64,000 bases of DNA, taken from assembly GCA_030454225.1 (NCBI GenBank), contig JAKDRW010000002.1:4787-68786 (forward strand), given 5' to 3'. Shown here piece after piece: positions 22,378 through 34,718 of this stretch. The position numbers and the translations under genes are program-made. Positions within the stretch are counted from its first letter, which is position 1; each line of letters starts with the position of its first letter. A model generated the notes under the pieces. It was not told the DNA's origin and ran no database searches. It was given only the letters and a program-made list of their open reading frames with translations. Source of the stretch: Vreelandella subglaciescola (GTDB lineage Bacteria > Pseudomonadota > Gammaproteobacteria > Pseudomonadales > Halomonadaceae).

Positions 22378-22988
22378 GGGGTTTCCTCGGCAGATGCCGC
22401 TACGGGCGGGTGATGACCGCGGACGCGATCCGTCAAGCGTACCTTACCGGTATCAAGCCATGCATCAAGACGCTGGGCGCGGATGCGCTGGGGGGGCTGT
22501 TGCAGCAGCGCTGGGCTATCGCTCCAGGCGTGCGCTGTCTGGCTGTCGTAATAGAGTACCTGGGTATCGAGCTGCCAGCCCTCGTTGGGGGCTACCAGGT
22601 GCGCGTCGCCGCTTAGCATCAGCTGCTGCTGCTCGCCGTCGAGCGTGCCTTCGTTGGCGCTGGCGTGCCATTCGTTCTGCTCGCTGTCGATCAGCGTGGC
22701 GTGCGGCGTGTCGAGCCGGGTCATGGACTGCTGGGGCGTATGAGTAATGCGCGGCGACGTCAGCTGCTGGGTCAGCTGGCCGCTGTCGTCATATAGCGCC
22801 AGCGTGGCGTGGTCGGCGACGTGGCCGGGTTCGTCGGCGCGTGCCGCCGGGTCGGGCGATACAGTGTGCGTATCGCGCAGATCAAACCAGGCCAGCAGCA
22901 CGCCGAGCGTGATAATGATCAGCAGCAGCCAGGCGCGCTTGCGCATGTGGTAAAGCCTTTTCAGCGCCGTTTGCAGGCCCGGCCTCAT
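22374..22988 (-). CDS. lptC: LPS export protein LptC (start may be 22946)
   Basis: Single N-terminal TM, beta-jellyroll-like pattern; located between kdsC and lptA. Confidence 0.87.
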   Translation of the reverse strand: MRPGLQTALKRLYHMRKRAWLLLIIITLGVLLAWFDLRDTHTVSPDPAARADEPGHVADHATLALYDDSGQLTQQLTSPRITHTPQQSMTRLDTPHATLIDSEQNEWHASANEGTLDGEQQQLMLSGDAHLVAPNEGWQLDTQVLYYDSQTAHAWSDSPALLQQPPQRIRAQRLDAWLDTGKVRLTDRVRGHHPPVAASAEETP

Positions 22989-23533
22989 GGCGACAGCGGC
23001 TCGTGGTGGTAGCTTTGCAAAATGTTGTCCCAGTGGCCCTGGGCGCTTAACAGCGCATCGCAGATTTCGCGTACCGCGCCGTGGCCGCCGGCGCGCTGGG
23101 TGACCCAGTCGGCATGCTTGCGCATGTAGGCCGGCGCGTTGGGTACGCTAATGCCGACGCCGGCGCGCTGAATGGCGGCAAGGTCGGGCAGGTCGTCGCC
23201 GCAATAAGCCGCCTGTTCGAGGGTGATGTCGAGCGTCTGGCACAGCTGCGCCAGCGTTTCGAGTTTGTCCTCGCGGCCCTGATAAACGTGGGCAATGCCT
23301 AGCGCTTTGGCGCGCTGGGTCACCATGGGTGACTCCCGGCCGGTGATCAGCGCGACGGTAATGCCCATGCGCTTTAACAGCTTGAGGCCGTGGCCGTCCT
23401 GGGTATGAAAGGCCTTGATTTCGCTGCCGTCGCTTTGGAAATAGAGTCGTCCGTCGCTGAGTACGCCGTCAACGTCGAGGGCCAGAAGGCGAGTGCGCGC
23501 AAGCGTGGCGGTAGGCGCGAGGGATTGAGGCAT
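22985..23533 (-). CDS. kdsC: KDO 8-phosphate phosphatase
   Basis: HAD motif DVDGVLSDG, ITGR, GDDLPDL and GG.GAVRE. Confidence 0.95.
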   Translation of the reverse strand: MPQSLAPTATLARTRLLALDVDGVLSDGRLYFQSDGSEIKAFHTQDGHGLKLLKRMGITVALITGRESPMVTQRAKALGIAHVYQGREDKLETLAQLCQTLDITLEQAAYCGDDLPDLAAIQRAGVGISVPNAPAYMRKHADWVTQRAGGHGAVREICDALLSAQGHWDNILQSYHHEPLSP

Positions 23534-23575
23534 ACAGACTCCGAAAACGTTAAACCTGCCGGCGTACTGCCGGTG

Positions 23576-24577
23576 CTAGATGACGCCGCTGGCAAGCAGG
23601 TCGTGCATATGCAGCGCGCCAACGGGACGCCCTTGCGGGTCGACCACGGCGAGCGCGGTGATCTTGCCATCCTCCATGATACGCACTGCTTCGGCGGCAA
23701 GCACGTCGGGTGCTATGCGCCTGCCCGGCTGAGTCATGACCTCATCGACCGTTAGGCGGAGAATATCGCGGTGCTGATCCAGCGTACGGCGCAAATCGCC
23801 GTCAGTATACACGCCGGCCAGCCGGCCATCGGGGGTCACCACGCAGGTAAAGCCGAGCCCTTGGCGGGTGATTTCCAGCAGCGCATCGCGCAGCGGGCTA
23901 CCCAGCGCCACCTGGGGCAAGCGCTCGCCGCTGTGCATAATGTCCTGGACGCGTAGCAGCAGGCGCTTGCCAAGACTGCCGCCGGGGTGCGACAGCGCAA
24001 ACTGCTCGGCGGTAAATCCGCGGGCTTCCAGCAGCGCGACCGCCAGCGCATCGCCTAGCGCCAGCGCGGCGGTAGTGGAGCTGGTGGGCGCCAGATCCAG
24101 CGGGCAGGCTTCGCGTTCAACGCCGCTGTTCAGGTGAGCGTCGGCGTGGCGGGAAAGGGTGGAGTCGGGGCGCCCGGTCATGCTGACCAGCGGTACGCCC
24201 AGACGCTTTAATAGCGGCAGCAGCGCGGTGACTTCGCCGGTTTCGCCCGAGTTGGAAAGCGCCAGCACCACGTCGGCGCGGGTGATCATGCCCAAGTCGC
24301 CGTGGCTGGCCTCGCCCGGGTGGACGAAAAAAGCCGGCGTGCCGGTGCTGGCCAGGGTGGCCGCAAGCTTGCCGCCGATATGTCCCGACTTGCCCATGCC
24401 GGTGACTACCACGCGGCCCTGGCAGGCCAGTATCAGCTCGCAGGCACGGTCGAAGTGCGCATCAAGCTTGGCCTTGAGACCATCAATAGCGGTCTGCTCG
24501 ATGTGCAGGGTGCGTAGCGCGCTGTCGCGCAGGGACGTGGAGGCAGAGGGGGAGGAATCGGCGGGTGAATAGGGCAT
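23576..24577 (-). CDS. kdsD: Arabinose-5-phosphate isomerase
   Basis: SIS domain GMGKSGHIG..STGTPAFFVHPGEASHGDLG plus a CBS pair; start uncertain (24577 or 24607). Confidence 0.96.
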   Translation of the reverse strand: MPYSPADSSPSASTSLRDSALRTLHIEQTAIDGLKAKLDAHFDRACELILACQGRVVVTGMGKSGHIGGKLAATLASTGTPAFFVHPGEASHGDLGMITRADVVLALSNSGETGEVTALLPLLKRLGVPLVSMTGRPDSTLSRHADAHLNSGVEREACPLDLAPTSSTTAALALGDALAVALLEARGFTAEQFALSHPGGSLGKRLLLRVQDIMHSGERLPQVALGSPLRDALLEITRQGLGFTCVVTPDGRLAGVYTDGDLRRTLDQHRDILRLTVDEVMTQPGRRIAPDVLAAEAVRIMEDGKITALAVVDPQGRPVGALHMHDLLASGVI

Positions 24578-24845
24578 GGCATCGCTCTTGATAGTGGGCC
24601 GTGGCAAGAAGATCGTGAGCGCTAACGCGTCGCGGATGACGAAGCGCCAAAGAGTTGGCGGCGGTAGCTTTATCGTAACATCGCACGTAAGGCTTGCCCG
24701 AACGTTTTATTTTATGCCGCCAAGGCGTAGATTCCGGTGATGATAACGCGTTAGAGTACGCTGTTCGATAACCCGTTTTAGCCGCGCTGCCGTATGCTTC
24801 AGGGCGCATGATAAGACGGATACCCCTGAATTAAACGAGTGTGCC

Positions 24846-25682
24846 ATGACGGATTCGGCCTTTATTGAAGTGGAAAACCTGCACTTTTCCCGCGGCGGGC
24901 GCGCCATTTTTCGCGGGGTGAACCTGTCTATTCCGCGCGGCAAGATTACCGCCATCATGGGTCCCAGCGGCTCGGGCAAAACCACGCTGTTAAAGCTGCT
25001 TGGCGGCCAGCTAACGCCGGACAAGGGGCGCGTGCTGATCGACGGTCAGGACGTTCACCGCTTGTCGCGCAAGGCGCTGTTTGCGCTGCGCCGGCGTATG
25101 GGCATGCTGTTTCAGAGCGGCGCGCTGTTTTCAGACTTGGATGTGTTTGAAAACGTGGCCTTTCCGCTGCGCGTGCATACCGATCTGCCCGACGCCATGG
25201 TGCGCGATATCGTCCTGCTCAAGCTGCAGGCCGTGGGGCTGCGTGGCGCGCACGCGCTGACGCCGGCGGAGCTTTCCGGCGGTATGGCCCGGCGCGTGGC
25301 GCTGGCCCGCGCCGTAGTGCTGGATCCCGAGTTAATACTCTACGACGAACCGTTTGTAGGACAGGATCCGATTGCCATGGGAGTGCTGGTGCAGCTCATC
25401 AAGCGCCTGAGTGAGGCGCTGTCGCTGACCTCGGTGGTGGTATCCCACGACATCAAGGAAACCATGAGCATCGCCGACTACCTCTATCTGATTGCCGACG
25501 GTGACGTTGTGGCGCACGGCACGCCGGCGTCGCTCAATACCCATGACGATGCGCGGGTCAGCCAGTTTATGCACGGCGAACCCGACGGCCCCGTGCCTTT
25601 CCACTACCCGGCGCCGCCGTATTACCGCGATATGCTCGGTGCCGATACGGCCACGACCACAACCACGACGAGGACGGGCTAA
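24846..25682 (+). CDS. mlaF: Phospholipid ABC transporter ATPase MlaF
   Basis: [34 protein letters not shown] and [11 protein letters not shown] motifs. Confidence 0.96.
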   Translation: MTDSAFIEVENLHFSRGGRAIFRGVNLSIPRGKITAIMGPSGSGKTTLLKLLGGQLTPDKGRVLIDGQDVHRLSRKALFALRRRMGMLFQSGALFSDLDVFENVAFPLRVHTDLPDAMVRDIVLLKLQAVGLRGAHALTPAELSGGMARRVALARAVVLDPELILYDEPFVGQDPIAMGVLVQLIKRLSEALSLTSVVVSHDIKETMSIADYLYLIADGDVVAHGTPASLNTHDDARVSQFMHGEPDGPVPFHYPAPPYYRDMLGADTATTTTTTRTG

Positions 25683-25683
25683 T

Positions 25684-26496
25684 ATGGCGGCAGGGTTTTT
25701 GCGAGCGTTTTTGCGGCTGGCGGGGCGCGTTGCCCAGCTGGGTCGCCGCGGCTGTAGCGTAGTCGAAGCGCTGGGGCGGGCGAGTATGTTTCTTGCCCAG
25801 TCGGTGATCGGCGTGCCCAGCGGCGAAGGCGTTAAACTGTGGCTCAGGCAGATGCATTTTGTCGGCGTGTTATCGCTTGCGATTGTGCTGGTGTCGGGGC
25901 TTTTTATCGGCATGGTGCTGGCGCTTCAGGGCTATACTATTCTGATTGATTTTGGCGCCGAGCAGGCGCTGGGTCAGATGGTGTCGCTGTCGCTTTTGCG
26001 CGAGCTGGGGCCGGTGGTTGCGGCACTCTTGTTTGCCGGGCGCGCGGGCTCGGCGCTGACCGCCGAAATTGGTCTGATGAAGGCCACCGAGCAGCTGACC
26101 AGCATGGAAATGATCGGCGTTGACCCGCTGCGTCGCGTGGTGGCGCCTCGCCTGTGGGCCGGCTTTGTCTCGCTGCCGCTGCTGACCATCGGCTTCAGCG
26201 TGGTGGGTATTTGGGGGGGCTATTTGGTCGGCGTGCAATGGCTGGGCGTCTCCGAAGGGGCCTACTGGAGCAATATGCAGTCAAGCGTGGCGTTTTTTGC
26301 CGACGTGGGTAACGGCATGATCAAAAGCCTGGTCTTTGCGCTAGTGGTGACCTGGATCGCCGTTTTCCAGGGCTACGACCTGATCCCCACGTCAGAGGGC
26401 ATTTCCCGGGCGACAACGCGAACCGTGGTGTATTCCTCGCTGGCGGTATTGGGATTGGATTTTGTGCTAACCGCCGTCATGTTCGGCGGCCTTTAA
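25684..26496 (+). CDS. mlaE: Phospholipid ABC transporter permease MlaE
   Basis: [32 protein letters not shown] and ATTRTVV motifs. Confidence 0.96.
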   Translation: MAAGFLRAFLRLAGRVAQLGRRGCSVVEALGRASMFLAQSVIGVPSGEGVKLWLRQMHFVGVLSLAIVLVSGLFIGMVLALQGYTILIDFGAEQALGQMVSLSLLRELGPVVAALLFAGRAGSALTAEIGLMKATEQLTSMEMIGVDPLRRVVAPRLWAGFVSLPLLTIGFSVVGIWGGYLVGVQWLGVSEGAYWSNMQSSVAFFADVGNGMIKSLVFALVVTWIAVFQGYDLIPTSEGISRATTRTVVYSSLAVLGLDFVLTAVMFGGL

Positions 26497-26512
26497 ACGC
26501 TGGAGCTGGTGC

Positions 26513-26977
26513 ATGAAACGCAGTAAAACCGTAGAGTTCGGGGTCGGGCTATTTATCCTCGCGGGCATTTTGGGACTGGTTTTTCTTGGCCTTCGCGTCA
26601 GCGGTATGACGCTTGCCGCGCCCTCAGACACCTTTCGCCTGGAGGCCAGCTTTTCTGATATCGGCAGCCTCAAGCCGCGCGCTCGTGTGACCATGGCCGG
26701 GGTGACGGTAGGCCGGGTTGAATCGATTGACCTCGACACCGAGTACTTTGACGCCCGAGTGAAGCTGCGCCTGGATCGCGAGCTTGAAGGCGAGCTGTCC
26801 CGCGATACCACCGCCGCAATCCTGACCTCGGGGCTGCTCGGCGAGCAGTACGTGGGCCTGAGCGTGGGGGGTGACCCGGAGATGTTGGAAGGGGGCGATA
26901 GCATTCGCGATACCCAGTCGGCGCTGGTGCTCGAGGAGCTGATACAACAGTTCGTGTCGAGTATGGTCAAAGACTAG
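26513..26977 (+). CDS. mlaD: MCE-domain protein MlaD
   Basis: VGLF, F..IG.LK, AGV.VGRV, ILTSGLLGEQY and TQSALVLE.LI motifs. Confidence 0.96.
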   Translation: MKRSKTVEFGVGLFILAGILGLVFLGLRVSGMTLAAPSDTFRLEASFSDIGSLKPRARVTMAGVTVGRVESIDLDTEYFDARVKLRLDRELEGELSRDTTAAILTSGLLGEQYVGLSVGGDPEMLEGGDSIRDTQSALVLEELIQQFVSSMVKD

Positions 26978-27062
26978 CGGGGGCTGAAAAGGTCCCCTTA
27001 TTCACCGGCTTTGCAGATACAGCCCAGGCACTTAAGGCAAGGCAACTAAACGAGGACACGCC

Positions 27063-27707
27063 ATGACTATCAAACAGTGGTTGAGCGGCGGTATTCTTGC
27101 CGCCTCAGTGGCGCTGAGCGCGCCGCTTTACGCCCAGGAGCAGACGCCCGAGGCGATGATTCGCAGCAACATCACCGAGTTTATGGCCGACCTTGATGCG
27201 CGCGAAGACTACTACGCCAATAACGTTGACGAGCTTAAAAAGCTGGTTAACGAGAGCCTGGAGGAAGTTGCCGACTTTCGCTACATCGGCGCGAGCGTCA
27301 TGGGGCGCTATTTCAGTAACGCCTCGCCCGAGCAGCGCAGCCGCTTTGCCAAGGTGTTTCGCCAGACGCTGATCGACACCTATACCCGCGGGCTTGTCAC
27401 CTTTGACTACGATGAGCTGCGCGTGCTCGACGAGCAGCGTCCGCAGCGCGATGAGGATCGCGCCAGCGTGAAAATGGAAGTCGTCGCCAACAACGGTGAT
27501 GTCTACCCGGTGAGCTACAGCCTGCGCTTGGCTGACGACGAGTGGCGGGTGGTTAACGTGATCGTCAACGGCATCAATCTGGGACTGACGTTTCGCAACC
27601 AGTTTGACCAGGCGATGAGCGACAACAACCGCGATTACGATGCGGTCATCCGTGGCTGGTCGCCCGACGTCGGCGTTGACGAGCTGGAAGAGGGCGGCAA
27701 CGAGTGA
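27063..27707 (+). CDS. mlaC: Periplasmic phospholipid-binding protein MlaC (Ttg2D)
   Basis: Signal peptide and W.V.NVIVNGINLGLTFRNQF motif; position in the operon. Confidence 0.92.
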   Translation: MTIKQWLSGGILAASVALSAPLYAQEQTPEAMIRSNITEFMADLDAREDYYANNVDELKKLVNESLEEVADFRYIGASVMGRYFSNASPEQRSRFAKVFRQTLIDTYTRGLVTFDYDELRVLDEQRPQRDEDRASVKMEVVANNGDVYPVSYSLRLADDEWRVVNVIVNGINLGLTFRNQFDQAMSDNNRDYDAVIRGWSPDVGVDELEEGGNE

Positions 27708-28045
27708 CAGCGCTGTTCTCTCGTCAAGGCATTGCGCTAACCGCGCAGGACGACAATACGCTTGAGGTTAGCGGTAACCTCGGTGAAGGTACCGCCGCCG
27801 CGCTTGCGGGGGCCGGGGAACGTTGGCTTGAAAACGTCGCCGCGCCCGCCGCGTTGACGCTGGATTTTCGCGGCGTGGACCGGGCCAGCAGTGCGGCCAT
27901 CAGCGTGCTGCTGCAATGGCTGCGCGCGTGCCGGACGCGCCACATCAGGGTAGAAGACATTTTGCTGTCTGAGCCGTTGAGCCGCCTGGCTCGCCTGGCC
28001 GAGCTCGACACGCTTTTTGATAACCCCATCGACAACCTGGGTTGA
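27704..28045 (+). CDS. mlaB: STAS-domain protein MlaB
   Basis: LDF.GV.RASSAA..VLL.W STAS pattern; GTGA overlap with mlaC. Confidence 0.88.
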   Translation: MTALFSRQGIALTAQDDNTLEVSGNLGEGTAAALAGAGERWLENVAAPAALTLDFRGVDRASSAAISVLLQWLRACRTRHIRVEDILLSEPLSRLARLAELDTLFDNPIDNLG

Positions 28046-28147
28046 TAAATCAGCCGGTTTGAGGCGTCAATCGCCAAAGCAGCGGCTTTTCTTTATCATG
28101 GCCGCTGTTTTCTTTTCCCCCGACGGTTTCAAAGGAGTTTTTCGCTC

Positions 28148-29672
<1,525 letters not shown>

Positions 29673-29693
29673 CGAAAACGATGGGCGACAACC

Positions 29694-30353
29694 ATGAGCA
29701 AACAACTGATTTTAGCGCTCTCCAAAGGGCGCATACTCGATGAAACCCTGCCGCTTCTAGCCGCTGCGGGGATCACGCCGGCGGAAGACCTGCGCAAAAG
29801 TCGCAAACTGCTGTTTGATACCAACCTGGCGGACGTCAAGCTGATCGTCATTCGCGCCACCGATGTGCCCACCTATGTGCAGCTGGGCGCCGCCGATATG
29901 GGCATTGCCGGCAAGGACGTGCTGCTCGAGCACGGTGCCGACAGCCTGTACGAGCCGCTTGACCTGCAAATTGCCCGCTGCCGGCTGATGACCGCCGGGG
30001 CGCGGGACGGGTCGCCCGGGCGTGCGCGCCGGCGGGTGGCCACCAAATTTGTCAACGTGGCGCGGCGTTACTACGCCGAGCAGGGCATTCAGGCCGAAGT
30101 GATCAAGCTGTATGGCGCTATGGAGCTGGCGCCGATCATGGATTTGGCCGATGAAATCATCGACATCGTCGATACCGGCAATACCCTGCGCGCCAACGGC
30201 ATGGAGCCGCGCGAGCTGATTGACCATATCAGCACGCGGCTGGTGGTCAATCAGGCGTCAATGACCATGAAGCACGCGCAGATAAAGCCGCTCATTGAGC
30301 GTTTGGACGCAGCCGTCGACGCACGCCGGCGCGCGGAAGAGGCGCTCGCCTGA
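29694..30353 (+). CDS. hisG: ATP phosphoribosyltransferase, short form (HisZ-dependent)
   Basis: [27 protein letters not shown] and [13 protein letters not shown] motifs; 219 aa. Confidence 0.96.
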   Translation: MSKQLILALSKGRILDETLPLLAAAGITPAEDLRKSRKLLFDTNLADVKLIVIRATDVPTYVQLGAADMGIAGKDVLLEHGADSLYEPLDLQIARCRLMTAGARDGSPGRARRRVATKFVNVARRYYAEQGIQAEVIKLYGAMELAPIMDLADEIIDIVDTGNTLRANGMEPRELIDHISTRLVVNQASMTMKHAQIKPLIERLDAAVDARRRAEEALA

Positions 30354-30402
30354 GAGTGGTTGTTAACCGTTTTTCCGCCTGTTTTTTCACACGAGGTTAC
30401 TT

Positions 30403-31722
30403 ATGAACGCGACGGCGAGCGCAGCGGGCATTGCCCGACTATCAACCCGGGATGAGGCGTTTGATCAGCGCTTGGACGGCCTGCTCGACTGGGAAGGGGT
30501 GTCGGATCAGGCGGTACAAACCCGCGTGGCCGAGATTCTAGCGGGTGTGAAAGCCCGCGGCGATGCCGCCGTGATCGAGGCGACCAACCGCTTTGACCGC
30601 CTGTCAGTCCAAACGATGGAAGAGTTGACGTTAACGCCTGAGCGCCTCGAGCAGGCGTACAGCGGCCTGCCCAATGAGCAGCGCGAGGCGTTGGCGACCG
30701 CCGCCGAACGCATCCGTCGCTACCACGAGCACCAGAAGCCCGAGTCTTGGCACTACACCGAGGCCGACGGCACCGTGCTCGGCCAGCAGGTCACGCCGAT
30801 TGATCGCGCGGGTATTTACGTGCCTGGCGGGAAGGCGGCCTACCCGTCGTCGGTGCTCATGAACGCGCTGCCCGCGCACGTAGCCGGCGTCAAAGAAATC
30901 GTCATGGTGGTGCCAACGCCCGACGGCATCCTCAACGAGCTGGTGCTGGCGGCGGCGTACCTGGCCGGGGTCGACTATGTGTTCACCGTGGGCGGCGCGC
31001 AGGCCATTGCCGCGCTTGCCTACGGTACCGAGAGCGTGCCGCGGGTGGATAAAATCGTCGGGCCGGGCAATATCTACGTTGCCACCGCCAAACGTGCGGT
31101 ATTCGGCCAGGTAGGCATCGATATGATTGCCGGGCCGTCGGAAATTCTCATCGTGTCCGATGGCGAGACCGACCCCGACTGGCTGGCCATGGACCTGTTC
31201 TCCCAGGCCGAGCATGACGAAGACGCCCAAGCGATTCTGGTCAGCTGGGACGCTCGGCACCTCGCCGCGGTGGAAGCATCGATCGAGCGGCTGTTGCCCA
31301 CCCTTGAACGCGCCGATATCGTCCGCGCGTCGCTCGGCACGCGCGGCGCGCTGATCCACTGCGACAGCGAGCAGCAAGCGTTAAGCCTAATCAACCGCAT
31401 TGCCCCCGAGCACCTGGAGCTGTCGGTAGCCGAGCCCGAGCGCTGGCTGGGCGATATCCGCCACGCCGGGGCGATCTTTATGGGGCGCTACACCGCCGAG
31501 GCGCTGGGCGACTACTGCGCCGGCCCCAACCACGTGCTGCCAACATCGGGCACCGCGCGGTTTTCCTCGCCGCTGGGCGTGTACGACTTCCAGAAACGCT
31601 CCTCGCTGATCCACTGCTCGGCAGCAGGCGCGTCATCCCTTGGTGAGGTGGCTTCGGTGCTGGCGCGCGGCGAGTCGCTGACCGCCCACGCGCGCTCGGC
31701 GGAGTATCGTCTGAAGCGCTAG
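30403..31722 (+). CDS. hisD: Histidinol dehydrogenase
   Basis: [42 protein letters not shown] and [13 protein letters not shown] motifs. Confidence 0.98.
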   Translation: MNATASAAGIARLSTRDEAFDQRLDGLLDWEGVSDQAVQTRVAEILAGVKARGDAAVIEATNRFDRLSVQTMEELTLTPERLEQAYSGLPNEQREALATAAERIRRYHEHQKPESWHYTEADGTVLGQQVTPIDRAGIYVPGGKAAYPSSVLMNALPAHVAGVKEIVMVVPTPDGILNELVLAAAYLAGVDYVFTVGGAQAIAALAYGTESVPRVDKIVGPGNIYVATAKRAVFGQVGIDMIAGPSEILIVSDGETDPDWLAMDLFSQAEHDEDAQAILVSWDARHLAAVEASIERLLPTLERADIVRASLGTRGALIHCDSEQQALSLINRIAPEHLELSVAEPERWLGDIRHAGAIFMGRYTAEALGDYCAGPNHVLPTSGTARFSSPLGVYDFQKRSSLIHCSAAGASSLGEVASVLARGESLTAHARSAEYRLKR

Positions 31723-33068
31723 TCGACCGCTGTCTGGCGCGAGTTTTGCTCTGGCAGCGGCTTTTTTGACGGCTTGGACGGCGCCTGTTTTGGCGCTGGC
31801 TCTTCTTGTGGCGGTGCTTTCGGCGGCGTGGGCTTTGACGGCGCCTGGGAGGTTGGCTGGGCAGGAGGAGGGCGCTCGCCGGCGGTCAACTCAATGCGCT
31901 GTTTTTCGCCGCTGCGCACGATGGTCAACGTCACGCTATCGCCAGGCGTTAGCTCGGCGATGTCGCTCATAGTGGCGCGGGCGTCGAGTATCGGCTCGTC
32001 GCCAAGCGCCAGCAGGACATCGCCGGGCTGCAGGCCGGCGTTCTCAGCCGGCCCGTCCTTGACTACGCCCGCAACGATCATGCCCTGAGGCGTACGCAGT
32101 CCGAAAGACGCCGCCAGCTCGCGCGATAGCGCCTGCGCCTCGATCCCCAACCAGCCGCGAATCACCCGTCCCTGGGTGACCAGCTCATCCATAATGCCGT
32201 GCGCCAGGTTGGCCGGAATGGCAAAGCCGATGCCTTGAGAGCCGCCCGAACGCGAAAAAATTGCCGTATTGATGCCCACCAGCGCGCCGTCCGGGTTGAT
32301 CAGCGCGCCGCCGGAGTTGCCGGGATTGATCGCCGCGTCGGTCTGAATGAAGTCTTCGTAGGCGTTGAGCCCCAAGTGGCTACGTCCGGTCGCGCTGATA
32401 ATGCCCATGGTCACCGTCTGGCCGACGCCAAAGGGGTTGCCGATGGCAAGTGCTACGTCACCCACGGCGACGTCGGCCGAGTCGCTTAGCTTGATATTGG
32501 GCAAGTCGTCGAGCGGGATGCGCAGCACGGCAAGGTCGCTTTCGGGGTCGGTGCCGATGACGGTCGCCAGCGCCTCGCGGCCGTCGCGCAGCGCGACCTG
32601 AATCTGGTCGGCACCCTTGATGACGTGATGATTGGTCAGCACGTAGCCGTCTTCGCTGACGATAACCCCCGAGCCCAGGCTCGACAGCATGCGCCGTTGA
32701 TTGGTCGTGCCATCGTCGTTGAAAAATTGCTGGAAGAAGGGGTCCGACATCAGCGGGTGCTGGTCGCGCTCAACCACGCGCGATGAGTAGACGTTGACCA
32801 CCGCCGGGGCGGCTTTTTTTACTGCGTTTGAATAGCTGGCCGGCCCCTGGCCGCGCGCCAGCGGCGCGGCTTTTTGCACCTTGGGGGGGCTGCGCTGGGT
32901 AGCCTTGCCGGCGGTTGGCGTCAAAGCGGCGTTGCTGATATCAGAGGCGGGCGACGCTTCTTTGGCAAAGGGGTTGGGCAAGCGCTCGGGAAACGCCAGC
33001 AGGAGCAGCGCTGCGAGTATTACGCCGATAATAACGGGCCAGAAGTAGGCCAATACGAAGCGCTTCAT
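31719..33068 (-). CDS. algW: HtrA-family serine protease DegS/AlgW with one PDZ domain and a Pro-rich C-terminal tail
   Basis: N-terminal TM, SLGSGVI, TNHHV (His), DLAVL (Asp), [10 protein letters not shown] (Ser) and a PDZ domain starting RGWLGI. Confidence 0.88.
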   Translation of the reverse strand: MKRFVLAYFWPVIIGVILAALLLLAFPERLPNPFAKEASPASDISNAALTPTAGKATQRSPPKVQKAAPLARGQGPASYSNAVKKAAPAVVNVYSSRVVERDQHPLMSDPFFQQFFNDDGTTNQRRMLSSLGSGVIVSEDGYVLTNHHVIKGADQIQVALRDGREALATVIGTDPESDLAVLRIPLDDLPNIKLSDSADVAVGDVALAIGNPFGVGQTVTMGIISATGRSHLGLNAYEDFIQTDAAINPGNSGGALINPDGALVGINTAIFSRSGGSQGIGFAIPANLAHGIMDELVTQGRVIRGWLGIEAQALSRELAASFGLRTPQGMIVAGVVKDGPAENAGLQPGDVLLALGDEPILDARATMSDIAELTPGDSVTLTIVRSGEKQRIELTAGERPPPAQPTSQAPSKPTPPKAPPQEEPAPKQAPSKPSKKPLPEQNSRQTAVD

Positions 33069-33282
33069 GGGTACTTTCCTTTGAATGAAGTGCGTTCCCT
33101 GGAGTGAGGACGTCCCTGCGAATGACGCTGGCGGCTAATCCGGTAAACCACCCCGCGGTGGAGGGTGGCGTCTGCATGACGGCGGCTTTATACCTGCGCG
33201 ATAGCGACGTTATAATAGCGCGCATGATAACACTTTCCGTGCCGCTAGCTTAACGCGCACGGCAATCTTTTAAGGGGGCGGT

Positions 33283-34044
33283 ATGCCTGATCGCGATACG
33301 CTGGTAGCAGCCTGTGAGCAGCGCCTGGGGGCGCAGCGGTTCAAGGATTTCACGCTTAATGGGCTACAGGTAGAAGGGCGCTCGCGGGTGACCCGGGTGC
33401 TGAGCGGCGTGACGGCCTGTCAGGCACTGCTGGACGAAGCGGTGGCCTGGCAGGCGGATCTGGTGCTGGTGCACCACGGTTATTTCTGGAAAAACGAGCC
33501 GGTCGCACTCACCGGCATGAAGCAGCGGCGCATCAAGACGCTGCTGACTCACGATATCAACCTGCTGGCCTACCATTTGCCGCTGGACGCCCACCCTGAG
33601 TTTGGCAATAACGCCCAGCTGGCCAGGCGTCTCGGCTGGCGCGTGGAGCGGTGCCTGGACGGTGAGCTGGGCGAGGGACTTTTGTGGCAGGGGAAGACGG
33701 CGGTACCGCTGAGTATCGACGCGCTGGCCGACGAGGTTTCCATAGCGCTTGAGCGCAAGCCCCTGGTGATCAAGGCGCCAGGCGTTGGCGATATCGAGCG
33801 TATTGCCTGGTGTACCGGCGGCGCTCAGGACATGATTGCAGCAGCCCATGAGGGCGGTGCGCAAGCGTTTGTCTCGGGGGAGGTTTCCGAGCGCACCACG
33901 CATTTGGCGCGCGAGCTGGGCATTCACTATCTGGCGGCAGGCCACCATGCTACCGAGCGTTACGGCGTGCAGGCACTGGGCGACTGGTTGGCAGCAGAGT
34001 TTGGCGTCACGCACCGCTTTGTCGATATCGACAACCCCGCCTGA
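33283..34044 (+). CDS. Nif3-like dinuclear metal center protein (YbgI family)
   Basis: NGLQVEG, VHHGYFW, YHLPLDAH, CTGG and GHHATERYG motifs. Confidence 0.94.
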   Translation: MPDRDTLVAACEQRLGAQRFKDFTLNGLQVEGRSRVTRVLSGVTACQALLDEAVAWQADLVLVHHGYFWKNEPVALTGMKQRRIKTLLTHDINLLAYHLPLDAHPEFGNNAQLARRLGWRVERCLDGELGEGLLWQGKTAVPLSIDALADEVSIALERKPLVIKAPGVGDIERIAWCTGGAQDMIAAAHEGGAQAFVSGEVSERTTHLARELGIHYLAAGHHATERYGVQALGDWLAAEFGVTHRFVDIDNPA

Positions 34045-34063
34045 CGGCGGGGTAGGGCCTTGC

Positions 34064-34531
34064 TCAGTAGCGCGGCGGCTGGGGGGCCTGGGCCTCTTCG
34101 TCGCTGTCGGCGGTTGCCCTGAGACCGAAGTCTTCGGAGAGGGTGCCGCTGTGGCCGTCGGCATAGTCCCGTGGCGCACCTGAATCGTCGGCAAGGGGCT
34201 CCTGTGCGGCGGTTTGCAGCGGATTTGTTGCATGTTGAATGAGTGTGTCACTGTTGACGTCCCACTGGGCGGCCTCTCGACTGAGGTGCTGTTCGAGCTG
34301 CTCAAGGGCATCGCGGACGTCGCTTGTCTGACGGTGCGTCGCTACCAGGTGGCTGCTCATATCGGCTTTAAGCTCGGCGACCTGGCGTTCGCTTTCGAGC
34401 AGCTGGAGCTGGATGTTTGACACCTGGCGCTGCCCCTTGCTCAGGACACGGTAGCTAAAGGCACCGATGATTGCGCCGATGATGAGGCCGATAATCGCAA
34501 ACGTTAACTGCAGGCTCGCTTCTTCCACCAT
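34064..34531 (-). CDS. zapG: YhcB/ZapG (DUF1043) family protein
   Basis: N-terminal TM, coiled coil and PRDYA motif; divergent from zapE. Confidence 0.85.
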   Translation of the reverse strand: MVEEASLQLTFAIIGLIIGAIIGAFSYRVLSKGQRQVSNIQLQLLESERQVAELKADMSSHLVATHRQTSDVRDALEQLEQHLSREAAQWDVNSDTLIQHATNPLQTAAQEPLADDSGAPRDYADGHSGTLSEDFGLRATADSDEEAQAPQPPRY

Positions 34532-34683
34532 TACTTCTCCCTTGCGGTCGGATCATTGGCCACCGTATCGTCGGGCGCTGGCCGTGGGGGGATTTTCGCC
34601 GCTATTATAGGCGCTTGCCAGCCACTAAGGTCAATTCGACTATACGACGTTGGGCGGGGAATGCGCCAGCGCAGCGGGACGCG

Positions 34684-34689
34684 TATAAT
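34684..34689 (+). promoter_or_regulatory. Candidate sigma70 -10 box for zapE
   Basis: Perfect TATAAT about 30 bp upstream of the TTG start; no convincing -35. Confidence 0.45.
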
Positions 34690-34718
34690 TTTGCTCTCAA
34701 ACCAAGGGGGAGAAAGCG

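Noticed and set aside
25645-25672. Thr run at the MlaF C-terminus
   Set aside because: Low-complexity tail with mixed codons; not a phase-variable repeat.
29694-30353. HisG is only 219 aa and looks truncated
   Set aside because: This is the normal short-form HisG that works with HisZ.
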